Below are positions 41,706 through 51,576 of a DNA stretch of 64,000 bases, piece by piece. Source of the stretch: a virus; IMG/VR virus record IMGVR_UViG_3300050013_000065, positions 1 to 64,000 of that record; one strand, 5' to 3'. The position numbers were made by a program, and so were the translations under genes. Below the pieces are notes generated by a model, which had not been told where the DNA came from, ran no database searches, and saw nothing but the letters and a program-made list of their open reading frames with translations. The number at the start of each line of letters is the position of its first letter. Positions within the stretch are counted from its first letter, which is position 1.

Positions 41706-44497
41706 TTCACCACCCACGCGCTTCCGTTGCAAAAGGCTGGCTCAGTGTACCCTCCGCCACCTGGAGAGATAGCGGCACCCCAAGTATCAGTCGGCGCATC
41801 GTTGACGCTTGCACGCATTCCAGTATAGGTGGAACTGCACGGATAAGCCGCATTCAGGGTGGAATAGCTGACTACGGGGAGTTGGATTGTAGCGGTCCCG
41901 CTTCCAGTGCCTTTGTACCCAGGAGCCGCAATCGTCTCTGTTGAGGTAATCGTGCTTACTGTAGTCACACCATCATCAATATGACTGGTGCCCCAGGCAC
42001 TTGACCCCGCATATAGCGGATAGTAGTTGGTTTGCGTTGGCCACGTCATGCCGCTGCACGCTGCCCACGATCTTATGCCTGAGCCGTTGTCGTATAAACA
42101 GCCCGGTGTACCTGTAGCTGAAGGCGCAAGCTGCACATACCCCGTTGCTGGACCCTGATTGCCAAGTGCCGTCGAGGGAATGACCGTGCCATTGGCGTTG
42201 GTGTAGTTTGAAAACAGCACATTTGGCGGCGTGGATGAGGCCGTTTGATTCCCGCTGAGATACGGATTCGTCGCGCTCCCGCTATTGATCGGCGTCGTCA
42301 CCCCAGACCACAAAACGTTATCGACAATCTGAGGCCGCGTTCCCTCTGTAAGTATGCCTGTGCCACTGTTGGTGATCGTGTTGGCCCGGAATATCTGGTC
42401 GGTGCCTCGATCAGAGATTCCGTATAGGCTCACTCCTTTGATCTTGTTAGCGGTGAAGCTGCTGTTCGCTCCCAGCGCTATAATGCCAAAATTCATCCCT
42501 GAAACCGTGCTGCCGTCTCCATAGCCATCTATGCTGACGCCGGTCACATTGACGTTATTCGTATTGACCCCAAAGTAAATACCCGAATTACCGCCAGTTA
42601 AAGACGGAGCATAGACAGAGCCTCCCGTGATATTGATGTCAGCGTCATAGCCTTGGAAGTAGTACCCTAAACCGGTCGGAGACATCCAAATATCGTTGTT
42701 CCCGAAGGTGCATTTGTAGCAGTTAGAGACTGAGGTTCCCGTGTCACCGATGCCTGAATGCCCGGCATTCCTTATCGTGTTCCCGGTCACGTTGATGTGC
42801 TCCGCACCCTTGAGATTGATCCCGTTTCCGTAGCCACCAGTAAGGTTTTCAAAGGTGTTTCCAGTAATCGATGTAGAGTACACCCCCGCCAGTGAAACCC
42901 CGTCGCTGATTGGGTTTCCACTACAAACATTCCCTGTTATAGTGCCTCCCCACACAGCGGACAGCCCAATGCAGGATTGCGGCAAAGAAGATGCCGATAG
43001 GTTCTGATCGCACTGCGAAAGGGTGTTGTGTTCGACGGTGGGAGTCGCAACGCCCTGCAAATAAATGCATCCTCCCGCCGTATTGGTTATAATGTTTCCA
43101 ATAATCTGCGGAGAGGAGATCGCGTGCTTCAAACTTGCGTTCGGCGAAGAGATGGAGTCATCCGGCGCGGTTTGTGCCCAGGTGAAGGTTGTTCCGGTCA
43201 CGCCTGTAAGTGTGAATACTCCGTTGAAATCCGTTCCGTTCGGTCCAAACTGACTCTGCGTAACTAGGACCTGCATCCCGCTTGTGAAAGTGAACGATGG
43301 GGCGCTAGGCAGTATCGCCGTGACCACATTCGATGTGCGCGAGATGCTGGATAGCACGTCGGTTCCACTGATCTCGTAGTACACGATCCCATAGCCCTGC
43401 CCGACTCCATCGGCAGAGTTATACATATCGTTCTGGTCGATAACGTTGTTTTCAGCATCGCATTCGGTACAGTTATAAAGTCCGAAGGAAATCCCAGTGT
43501 TTGATGAGAACACTCGATTGTTGCGAAGGTGCAGCCGGGTTGTAAATTTGTTGTCGTAATTGGTCCAAACGTCATATCCTTGCGGATTTGTCCCGCCGGT
43601 CGGACCTACGCCGTTTGCTGTGAAAATGTTGCGCTCTACCCACAAATCCGATGATCCATTCCCAATTATAAGGGCACCAGAATAGCCACTGCCGACACCT
43701 ACTTGAGTTCCCGCTTGCGTGATAGTGTTGTCGTGAAAGCGGAATTGGCTTACCCCGTAGGCTTGCACTGTAAATCTTCCAGTCGTTCCCTCAAACGTGA
43801 TCCCATCCACTTCCACGTTTGAACCAGTGAACGTGATTCCGTTCGTATTGCTGAACTGGATGAACGCGCAATCCCTTCCTGCGCCATGCAGATGCATGTT
43901 GGTACTAGATAATGACCTTGCTGTCAAGGTCCACGTACCGCACGGTAGGTTGATGGTAATGTTTGAACCAAGCGCTAGGTCGGCGGCAAGCTCTGCGGAT
44001 GTGGTTGGGGTGTAGGTAATGTTGGTTTGAGCACTGACCGAAACGCCAGCCACGAGGGTGCCTGAGAACGATGCGCTGGTGCCGTTGACTACGTTTGGGG
44101 TTGTGCTGCCCAAAACAGGCGGGGTGGCAAACAGGGCAACGGAGGACCCCGTGTTCTCACAAATGTTGGTGGTGGTATACGACCCGGCTCCGGGGGAAGA
44201 TACTGTTTCATCTACGCAGTAGTTCAAGGGAATATAGTAGTCGTAATTTCCGTTTGCGTCCGATGTTACAGATCCTGATGCGATTTGGGAGGTAAGCAGC
44301 GGGTCTCTGTAAATAGTAGCTAAAAGTCCCGTCGCCGCGCTGGTAACATGGATAGTTCCACGCGGGACTATTTGAGCGTAGGCCCCCGAGGTTCCTCGCT
44401 GGAGAAGCTGGTTAACTCTATGATATCCGGTAGTGACTTGGCCAAACGCGCAAGTAGTCCAGATAATGGACAAAATGATGGTAAGGGTTTTCTGCAC
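41702..44497 (-). CDS. tailspike-like right-handed beta-helix protein
   Basis: N-terminal LATIYRDP...SDANGNYDYY head-binding-like domain; I.GN repeats. Confidence 0.75.
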   Translation of the reverse strand: MQKTLTIILSIIWTTCAFGQVTTGYHRVNQLLQRGTSGAYAQIVPRGTIHVTSAATGLLATIYRDPLLTSQIASGSVTSDANGNYDYYIPLNYCVDETVSSPGAGSYTTTNICENTGSSVALFATPPVLGSTTPNVVNGTSASFSGTLVAGVSVSAQTNITYTPTTSAELAADLALGSNITINLPCGTWTLTARSLSSTNMHLHGAGRDCAFIQFSNTNGITFTGSNVEVDGITFEGTTGRFTVQAYGVSQFRFHDNTITQAGTQVGVGSGYSGALIIGNGSSDLWVERNIFTANGVGPTGGTNPQGYDVWTNYDNKFTTRLHLRNNRVFSSNTGISFGLYNCTECDAENNVIDQNDMYNSADGVGQGYGIVYYEISGTDVLSSISRTSNVVTAILPSAPSFTFTSGMQVLVTQSQFGPNGTDFNGVFTLTGVTGTTFTWAQTAPDDSISSPNASLKHAISSPQIIGNIITNTAGGCIYLQGVATPTVEHNTLSQCDQNLSASSLPQSCIGLSAVWGGTITGNVCSGNPISDGVSLAGVYSTSITGNTFENLTGGYGNGINLKGAEHINVTGNTIRNAGHSGIGDTGTSVSNCYKCTFGNNDIWMSPTGLGYYFQGYDADINITGGSVYAPSLTGGNSGIYFGVNTNNVNVTGVSIDGYGDGSTVSGMNFGIIALGANSSFTANKIKGVSLYGISDRGTDQIFRANTITNSGTGILTEGTRPQIVDNVLWSGVTTPINSGSATNPYLSGNQTASSTPPNVLFSNYTNANGTVIPSTALGNQGPATGYVQLAPSATGTPGCLYDNGSGIRSWAACSGMTWPTQTNYYPLYAGSSAWGTSHIDDGVTTVSTITSTETIAAPGYKGTGSGTATIQLPVVSYSTLNAAYPCSSTYTGMRASVNDAPTDTWGAAISPGGGGYTEPAFCNGSAWVVK

Positions 44498-44498
44498 T

Positions 44499-45209
44499 TT
44501 ATCGTCCTTGTTGAACCTTGTTCATTTCTCTGATACTGTTGACGCGGTCTTGAAGCCAGATGTTCTTTTGACTCTCAGTCAGCCCCTCGGATACGTTTGC
44601 TAACTCTGTGTAAAACAGTTGCATTGTTCCTTGAAATCGAGGATCATTCATGTACTGGAAAGACAAGGCGTCGAATCCCATGTTATATATGTATGACATA
44701 TAGTCGGGGATCGGTGCCCACGTTTGAGTTGCCACTGTAAATAGGGGCGCAGCTTTCTGCCACTCCACTACAATGTTATACTCATCATCAGGAGGCGGAA
44801 ACAGTCGGAATACAATGTTTCCCGAGTCGTCATCATACTGGGCAGCAATACGTGCCGGTTCGTTTTGGAGGGACTCCCCACCGGAGACTAGGCCGACCTG
44901 TAGCTCAAAGGCTCGGAAGCCATCGGCCACATCGTATCCAACCGCTTTCTCGATCCATCCAAAGTTGGGGAGTGAAACCGGGTAATCAGAAACTCCTGGG
45001 GTAGTTGTAAACGTCGGGGCCGTAGGAGTTGCCGTAGAGTTCCTGTTCCATCTCCACGCGAATGGAGGCGCTAGTATTGTCTGCATAACCCAGTCTGCGT
45101 TTGAGAACGCGGGATCGTTCGCCGTATTAGACGCAAACGTCAAAGGAGCCAGTCTAATAAACTGGCTACTTCTGTTTATCGTCCTTTGAAGCTGAATTGT
45201 ACTTGCCAT
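44499..45209 (-). CDS. putative head-tail adaptor protein
   Basis: PFAWRWNR, GVSDY, LFPPPD..Y; paralogous to 37845-38945. Confidence 0.55.
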   Translation of the reverse strand: MASTIQLQRTINRSSQFIRLAPLTFASNTANDPAFSNADWVMQTILAPPFAWRWNRNSTATPTAPTFTTTPGVSDYPVSLPNFGWIEKAVGYDVADGFRAFELQVGLVSGGESLQNEPARIAAQYDDDSGNIVFRLFPPPDDEYNIVVEWQKAAPLFTVATQTWAPIPDYMSYIYNMGFDALSFQYMNDPRFQGTMQLFYTELANVSEGLTESQKNIWLQDRVNSIREMNKVQQGR

Positions 45210-45621
45210 GTTTTACCTTGGGAAAAGGAGGGATAATATCTTCGGGGAGGGTCTTCAGAAACGCCATCGTCAGCTTTTGGGTTTGCTGTTCGAGTGTTCT
45301 CATGAATAGAGGAGTTGTTGTGCTCGATAGATAGGGTTCCATACAGTCCTGAAAAGGGTCAAGAAAAATGTGAACCAATTCGTGAACAATCGACATTACG
45401 AGAAGATTACCTTCTCCCTCTTCGAAATCTATCTTCGACTGCTGGTAGAGAGTAATAGTCGAAAACTGGTAAGGAGAATTTATGTTGTTGTCCGCGTAGC
45501 ACCCGCTCTTGGATTCCTCGTTTCTGAATTCAACGTGGATGGTCCACCCGGCGAGGTCAAAATACTCGGACACATTCTTTACGAACTGAGTTACCCAACT
45601 TTCGTAAGACAGGTTTTTCAC
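45166..45621 (-). CDS. HExxH metallopeptidase-like protein
   Basis: IVHELVH. Confidence 0.55.
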   Translation of the reverse strand: MKNLSYESWVTQFVKNVSEYFDLAGWTIHVEFRNEESKSGCYADNNINSPYQFSTITLYQQSKIDFEEGEGNLLVMSIVHELVHIFLDPFQDCMEPYLSSTTTPLFMRTLEQQTQKLTMAFLKTLPEDIIPPFPKVKHGKYNSASKDDKQK

Positions 45622-45642
45622 TCGGGCCTCGTTTAGATGGGA

Positions 45643-46251
45643 TTAATCGTCGTCTCGTAAAAAGGAATCATGCGCCGCTTGCACTGGGTTACTGAACCGA
45701 CGTTCTGTTCCGGCGGTAGACAGCTTATTGATGGAAGCTTTTCTGCGCCAATACACGTAGTCGTGACCTTGCGCGTCAACTGGGTCTTCTGGGTGGAACA
45801 ACCTGCCACAAGTAGTGCAAATACCAACATCTATTCCAATGTCTGTTCTGTGCCAAACAATACAAGTCTTTCCATGAACTTCCGGAACTTCTCCCAGACT
45901 TCCAGCAACGTGGTCGCACAAATTCTGCCCACGTTTCTTGGTTTCTTTCTGTCGCCGGGACAGTTCCCTCGCCTGCTCGTAGAACATTCTATCGTTCTCT
46001 TCCCGGGCTAGTTGTTCTTTTGACTTCAGAACTTCACGAGGCTTAGTAGTCTCCAAAATAGCTTCAGCGAGTTTAGCATTTGCTTCTGCGGCGGCGGTTT
46101 GGGAGGCGAGCAACTGCTGTTGCATCGAGGCGATTAGCGTGAACAGAGCGTCTGTAGAAATAGGTGTTACGCGGCTATTGAAAGTCTGAGGGGTTTCCTC
46201 AACGGCTTCGGTTTCTTCATTTTGGTTCTTGGGTGGTCTTCCTGCGGGCAT
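45643..46251 (-). CDS. hypothetical protein with C-terminal Cys/His domain
   Basis: CDHVAG..IVWH..GICTTC; AGGAG RBS. Confidence 0.7.
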   Translation of the reverse strand: MPAGRPPKNQNEETEAVEETPQTFNSRVTPISTDALFTLIASMQQQLLASQTAAAEANAKLAEAILETTKPREVLKSKEQLAREENDRMFYEQARELSRRQKETKKRGQNLCDHVAGSLGEVPEVHGKTCIVWHRTDIGIDVGICTTCGRLFHPEDPVDAQGHDYVYWRRKASINKLSTAGTERRFSNPVQAAHDSFLRDDD

Positions 46252-46852
46252 ACATTCTCCTATGGCTAATCCAAGCCAAACGGGTTGTCCATTAATCGGA
46301 CTGGTTAAGCAATTTTCTTTGCGTTACGGTGGTTGTTCAGTTTCTTGTACCAAAGCGAATTGACGCCACCCGAAGGGGGTCCGAATTCCTTTTCACACTG
46401 TTCTTCTGTTAGGAACAAAGAACATTCTATCGTTCTCTTCCCGGGCTAGTTGTTCTTTTGACTTCAGAACTTCACGAGGCTTAGTAGTCTCCAAAATAGC
46501 TTCAGCGAGTTTAGCATTTGCTTCTGCGGCGGCGGTTTGGGAGGCGAGCAACTGCTGTTGCATCGAGGCGATTAGCGTGAACAGAGCGTCTGTAGAAATA
46601 GGTGTTACGCGGCTATTGAAAGTCTGAGGGGTTTCCTCAACGGCTTCGGTTTCTTCATTTTGGTTCTTGGGTGGTCTTCCTGCGGGCATACATTCTCCTA
46701 TGGCTAATCCAAGCCAAACGGGTTGTCCATTAATCGGACTGGTTAAGCAATTTTCTTTGCGTTACGGTGGTTGTTCAGTTTCTTGTACCAAAGCGAATTG
46801 ACGCCACCCGAAGGGGGTCCGAATTCCTTTTCACACTGTTCTTCTGTTAGGA
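45981..46852. repeat. tandem duplication, 434 bp x2 (45981-46414 and 46419-46852)
   Basis: apparently identical copies at offset 438. Confidence 0.93.
46393..46689 (-). pseudogene. truncated duplicate of 45643-46251
   Basis: first about 90 aa identical, then a junction-derived tail. Confidence 0.8.
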
Positions 46853-47450
46853 TGTTGTTTTCAATGAACCTGAGAAGCACAGATCGCCAACCAATATCGA
46901 TACAACGAATCATCACATCTCGTTCGTTGAATTCGTATCTTGAATACTCGGGCCGAACGCCCAAAGTGATGTACCCAAGATACTTGAAGCTGTTATTGGA
47001 CCACTCTGGCTTATTAATTCCTGAGGTTGCATAGAGCGCTAGATCGACAACCACACCATTTATCATTACACCGCCTTGCGCCACGTACAATTGTGGGTAG
47101 ACGTGTAACAGTTTCTGTAGGAACAAAGAACATTCTATCGGTCTTCCGGGCCGGTCGTCAATGATGTCAAGAGTATCTGCGTGTCTCTGCCGTCTCGTCC
47201 CCTCGGAATTATAGTTCATCTCTTGGAGTCGGGCCGTATGCTCTTTAATGCTCAGCTTCGGTTGTTTCAGGCAGTTATAGCACTGGGGACCATATCCGGA
47301 TTTATAGGTCGAGTTCTTCGGAAAGAACCCACCCGAAAATGTCAGCAATCTGTGGCATGACGCACACTCAGCTCCGAGAATGTCATCAGAAACTCCAGCA
47401 TCGTAATCTATGACATCAAACTCGTCTATGATCATTGGTTTGGCACCCAC
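46743..47450 (-). CDS. hypothetical protein
   Basis: 235 aa, CASC...CYNC. Confidence 0.65.
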   Translation of the reverse strand: MGAKPMIIDEFDVIDYDAGVSDDILGAECASCHRLLTFSGGFFPKNSTYKSGYGPQCYNCLKQPKLSIKEHTARLQEMNYNSEGTRRQRHADTLDIIDDRPGRPIECSLFLQKLLHVYPQLYVAQGGVMINGVVVDLALYATSGINKPEWSNNSFKYLGYITLGVRPEYSRYEFNERDVMIRCIDIGWRSVLLRFIENNILTEEQCEKEFGPPSGGVNSLWYKKLNNHRNAKKIA

Positions 47451-47827
47451 AACTTACTAGGCTCTGGTTTGTTTGGATCGGGGAAAGCTTCGTTCAACTT
47501 AGCTTCGATGGTTTTAACCACGGACTCGGCTAACTGGTTGTCCTCGAAGTTGTCGGCGTGAGCTGCAATCTCTCGTTCCAATGAGATTTCCCCCGAGGGT
47601 TGCCGAACGACTGCGGCAATTACATAACCGATGACGTTTTCGAAACCTCCGATGGGGTCTTCTTGTGCTCTTAGAACCGCGATAGCAACTGACATTTGAT
47701 TCCTTAGTCCATTATTCGGACAAGTTGTTGCGGGTGTTCTCGATATCTCACGTTTGGTTTTACTGAGAGACCCCGAGACCCGTGTACCCGCTCTGCGCAT
47801 TACTACGTAGAGACACCCGCACGTCGT

Positions 47828-48520
47828 TTAGAACTGCGACAAGTTGAGTTCCACCGGAGTGATTGTGTTGGCCGCGCCTGTATTGAACTTCACAGATTGG
47901 AAGAAGAACAAGTCAGTCGGAGAAGCGATTGTGATTGGAGTAAGGGCGGTACGCACCGTATAAGTTCCACCTACTGTTGCCTCAGCCCACCCATTCAGCA
48001 AGTGAGAAACAGCGTCCCAAACCAAATTGACCTGGATCAAGTAGTTGTAACTACCCGCCGCTAGGGTAGCAGAAGATAGAGCCGAGAAAATTGTATTCTT
48101 GGTAGTTAGCTGGGCACCGTTCGCGGCGGTAGCTTGGTACAAATTAATAGCGTGAGCGGTGGCCGAGTCAACTGCTGACGTAGTGAAATACCCAGACGCC
48201 TGCAAACAGAAAGGACGACCATTAAAGCTATTCGAGTTAAAGTACGGGCGCGCGCCTCGGTAATCCTGCCCAGGACGGCCTAGATTGCCGCCCATGCTGC
48301 TCCCGTTTTCATTCTGATCTAGAGGAGCATTGCTCCCGATGATATCAGTCTGAAGGGGGGCGCGAACAAACGCGGCTACCCCCGTTGTAAGGGAGGAATC
48401 CGTGGCCATATTGACTACGGTCTCAGTGGTTCCTAGACCAGTTAGGGGAAGAAGATTGTTACGGTAGGTTGGGTTGCCCGTTAGGACGCCGGAAAGTCCG
48501 GCAAAGGTATCGCTATTCAT
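47828..48520 (-). CDS. putative virion structural protein
   Basis: 230 aa, T/A/S/N-rich beta composition, AAGGAG RBS. Confidence 0.55.
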   Translation of the reverse strand: MNSDTFAGLSGVLTGNPTYRNNLLPLTGLGTTETVVNMATDSSLTTGVAAFVRAPLQTDIIGSNAPLDQNENGSSMGGNLGRPGQDYRGARPYFNSNSFNGRPFCLQASGYFTTSAVDSATAHAINLYQATAANGAQLTTKNTIFSALSSATLAAGSYNYLIQVNLVWDAVSHLLNGWAEATVGGTYTVRTALTPITIASPTDLFFFQSVKFNTGAANTITPVELNLSQF

Positions 48521-48569
48521 GTAAAACTCCTTAGAGGTAGTTGGTTGATTATCTTTGCCACTACGGGCA

Positions 48570-49388
48570 CTAGGTTATCGTTTCTGCGTGTGTGCCAGAA
48601 ATAAGAAGAGGTTTGAAGATTTGTTCCGCATTAAAATCTGGGTATTTATCTCCTTTGGCAAGATTATCCCCAGACCAAAGCGGCTGAAGATTCAGGTAGT
48701 AGCAAGCCAAAACAACATGTTGACGCTCCCCCAAGTCATAGGCGGACAAGGGAATTATGTGGTCTATGTTCCATCGATCCTCCCCTATTCCCCAGTTCTC
48801 CCAAGTCATTCCAGTTTGGAATTTAGATTCAAGGTGCGCCTTTAGTTCTTCTATAGAGCATCCTAAGTCTCGAACAGCCGATCCAGTCTTCGTGTTCGAT
48901 TTAATTGCTTGGTTAAGGCGAGTACGTAAATCACAAGCGAGTTTATAGTTGAGGTCTTCTTCCTTCTTTTGTTTCTCAAACTCATTCCTATGTCTACGAT
49001 ATTCGGGACTTTTACTCTTCTCTCTTTTATTAGCTTTATGCTCTTCGCTGGTATATCGTTTTCTACTTTTTTCTTTAGATTCAGGAAGATTTCGATACGC
49101 GGTATTTCTAGCAGATATTTCTGGTTTTAGTTGAATATATCTGTTTGCGTGGTACTCAGAAATTCGTTGTTTATGGATTTCGTAATACTCGTGATTCTTC
49201 TGCGAAAATCTTGAGAAATATTCCGGGTCTTGTTTCTTTTCTCGACGAGTTTGGTTACGGCAATCTTTACACCAAGAGTCTAAGCCGTTTTTCTTATTTT
49301 TATTTGCCCCAAAACAATCTCTACTTTTTCTCTCTTTGCACTTAGAGCAGAGCGCCGAGGTAGCTATTTCCAAGAATTCTGTTTCCAT
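48570..49388 (-). CDS. HNH endonuclease
   Basis: LGCSIEELKAHLESKF..GMTWENWG..WNIDHIIPL...NLQPLW..DNLAKG. Confidence 0.9.
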   Translation of the reverse strand: METEFLEIATSALCSKCKERKSRDCFGANKNKKNGLDSWCKDCRNQTRREKKQDPEYFSRFSQKNHEYYEIHKQRISEYHANRYIQLKPEISARNTAYRNLPESKEKSRKRYTSEEHKANKREKSKSPEYRRHRNEFEKQKKEEDLNYKLACDLRTRLNQAIKSNTKTGSAVRDLGCSIEELKAHLESKFQTGMTWENWGIGEDRWNIDHIIPLSAYDLGERQHVVLACYYLNLQPLWSGDNLAKGDKYPDFNAEQIFKPLLISGTHAETIT

Positions 49389-49411
49389 TATTCCTCTGAA
49401 AAATGAATATT

Positions 49412-50047
49412 TTACGAGATTGTTTCCGACCTCGTTCCCGGGGGTGTATTGGTCGGCCTGAAAATTGGATCTGCCACTACTTTTCCATTATTCAGGTAAA
49501 TAGCAACGATTCCCCCCGGCTCTACCAAAATACTCTTGTGGTCGTTATACAGCATACTTCCAACTTCATGGACTATGCTACTATGGGCAACCACAATAGT
49601 AGGAACTCCACATTTTAGAGCTATATCCACGGCCTCTGTGATGCAGGGCCTAATCCTACTTTTGAAGTTATTCAGCGATTCCCCGCCGGGTATATCTGTT
49701 GACGGGTGATCTATGAATACCTGTAATGCGGCTTCTGACTCTTTTGTTCTTAGTTTTCCGGAAAAATCCCCCACGTCAAGAGCGCGCAAACTTTCTGACC
49801 TATGTATGGGTAGTTTTGCCGATTTTCCTATCTCCTCAGCAGTTGTAGTGGCCCGGAGTCGGTCGGAACAAAATATATGGGATATTTCTACGGGTTCTAG
49901 AAGTTTGGCCACCATTTCCGCCTGTCGAATGCCGACACTATCTAAAGGCGGATTGCTATTGCCTCTAAAACATCCATCTGCATTGAGCGTAGTCCTCCCG
50001 TGCCTAACGACGTAACACAGAACATTTGTTTTATCCGCTAGTTGCAT
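49412..50047 (-). CDS. histidine phosphatase (phosphoglycerate mutase family)
   Basis: VRHG.T, SD.LRA..TA, PGGES, VVAH. Confidence 0.92.
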   Translation of the reverse strand: MQLADKTNVLCYVVRHGRTTLNADGCFRGNSNPPLDSVGIRQAEMVAKLLEPVEISHIFCSDRLRATTTAEEIGKSAKLPIHRSESLRALDVGDFSGKLRTKESEAALQVFIDHPSTDIPGGESLNNFKSRIRPCITEAVDIALKCGVPTIVVAHSSIVHEVGSMLYNDHKSILVEPGGIVAIYLNNGKVVADPIFRPTNTPPGTRSETIS

Positions 50048-50372
50048 TGCTGTCTCCAGAATTTACTGTCACGTCGGGACCAAACATAGTCTTCGTTGTT
50101 ACTCCGGCTGTAAAAGGACCCGGGCCTTGCTCTACTTCTGGGACTGGAAATTCGAACGAGATTCCCTCGTATTCGGCTTCCAACTCCTGGACAAATTCTC
50201 GGAGATCCGTGTGCTTGACGTAGGGAGATTTGCGGACCCACAGAAGCTCCACAGCAAATTTACGATAGTCTCTGGGGGCAGCGTCATTGCGAGCTAAGTC
50301 GCGGAGGGTAGAGTCGGGGAGGGGGTTAAGATGGCGGTACCCATCTGAAAAAGGATCGGCTATTTTTGGCAT
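50031..50372 (-). CDS. hypothetical protein
   Basis: GAGG RBS before MPKIAD. Confidence 0.6.
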   Translation of the reverse strand: MPKIADPFSDGYRHLNPLPDSTLRDLARNDAAPRDYRKFAVELLWVRKSPYVKHTDLREFVQELEAEYEGISFEFPVPEVEQGPGPFTAGVTTKTMFGPDVTVNSGDSNATSG

Positions 50373-50676
50373 TGTTCCTCTGGGTAGATACAAATCGCAG
50401 ACCGTAGTAGAAAGTTAAGATCGGACGTTGCCCGGTTGGAGTCGTAATCTGACTACGATAGTAGAGGTCATCTAAAATCTTGTCGGAGCGACCCAACCTG
50501 CCCAACCTGCCTCCTCGCTCATTCAGGGCTAGTGAACGATTGGATTGGCTGGTTCTCTTGCGGTCTGCATACGTCCATTATCTGGACAAACTTGGGAGGC
50601 CGGGACAGTTGAAAGGAGGAAGAAAGAACTGTCCCGGCAGGCTGTCCTATATTTATGAAGGAGGCGGACAGCCGAT

Positions 50677-50898
50677 CTAACGAACTCTGGTGTTCTTGTG
50701 TGCGTTACGAATGTGTTGGTGGAAATACGACCCGGGACTATCCGCTTGTTCAAGTCCGTCTATAAGTTCTTGCGGCACTTGGTGGTAGGCCACAGTTGCA
50801 CCATTCAGAACGGTAGTCAAGCGTTCTGTATCCGGGTCGTAGGTCGATCCTTCGTGAATCTGACTGCTCTTCTTCTTGAGTTTTAATGGGCGGTCCAT
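50677..50898 (-). CDS. KTSC-domain protein
   Basis: SSQI...YD..TE.L......Y..VP......L..ADS.GSYF...IR. Confidence 0.85.
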   Translation of the reverse strand: MDRPLKLKKKSSQIHEGSTYDPDTERLTTVLNGATVAYHQVPQELIDGLEQADSPGSYFHQHIRNAHKNTRVR

Positions 50899-51071
50899 TA
50901 CTTGCCTTTTGCGATCTTCTTCATGTTTTGGGCAAAGACGGCTTTCTTGGCCTCAGCGCCTCCGGCTTTCTTACCAGCCGCAATCTTCTTTCCGGTGGCC
51001 TTGCCGAAGGACCCTATCGTGCCCTTCTTCTCCATTTTCTTCGTAGCGTTCTGAATCCATTTTTCGGCCAT
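50898..51071 (-). CDS. small basic protein (57 aa, MAEKWIQNATKK...AVFAQNMKKIAKGK), not in the ORF track
   Basis: AAAGGAG RBS, own promoter, TAATG overlap with the KTSC gene. Confidence 0.75.
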   Translation of the reverse strand: MAEKWIQNATKKMEKKGTIGSFGKATGKKIAAGKKAGGAEAKKAVFAQNMKKIAKGK

Positions 51072-51094
51072 GTTGTCTCCTTTGATTTAAGAAC

Positions 51095-51123
51095 ATTGTA
51101 CTACAGTTTGGTGGGTTTGTCAA
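51095..51123 (-). promoter_or_regulatory. sigma70-type promoter
   Basis: TTGACA-N17-TACAAT. Confidence 0.8.
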
Positions 51124-51576
51124 CACTTTTACGGAATTTTTATCCAAAAACCAGGAGAGTACTCATAGACAACCCCTCGGTGTGCTAGGAGCGGTCGAAA
51201 ATCATCAGGAAACCTAACCAACTTGTCCATGAATTATTTCAACTTCCAAAAGAGATTAGCTACGTGCATCAAGCCGGGCTCCCCAAATCCAGACCATGTT
51301 TCTTTCGCAAAATCCGAACCGTTCATTCGAAATAGCACAAACTCGGCCAGAGTGTTTTCAGGAGGAGGAGACTTCCAATATTTAGTTAGTCCCTCTAAGT
51401 TTGGGGGAAACTCTGATTTTTCAACCACGTGTTTGTCCATTATTCGGACTCCTTCTTCGGAGTGATATTCCAGACCCATCCAGAATTGCAAGCAGCCAAG
51501 TGCTCCAAAGGAATCTGGTTGGGCGGGTAGATCACACCCTCTTTGTAGATTCTCGGAACTCCATCAGTTAGCCGCT

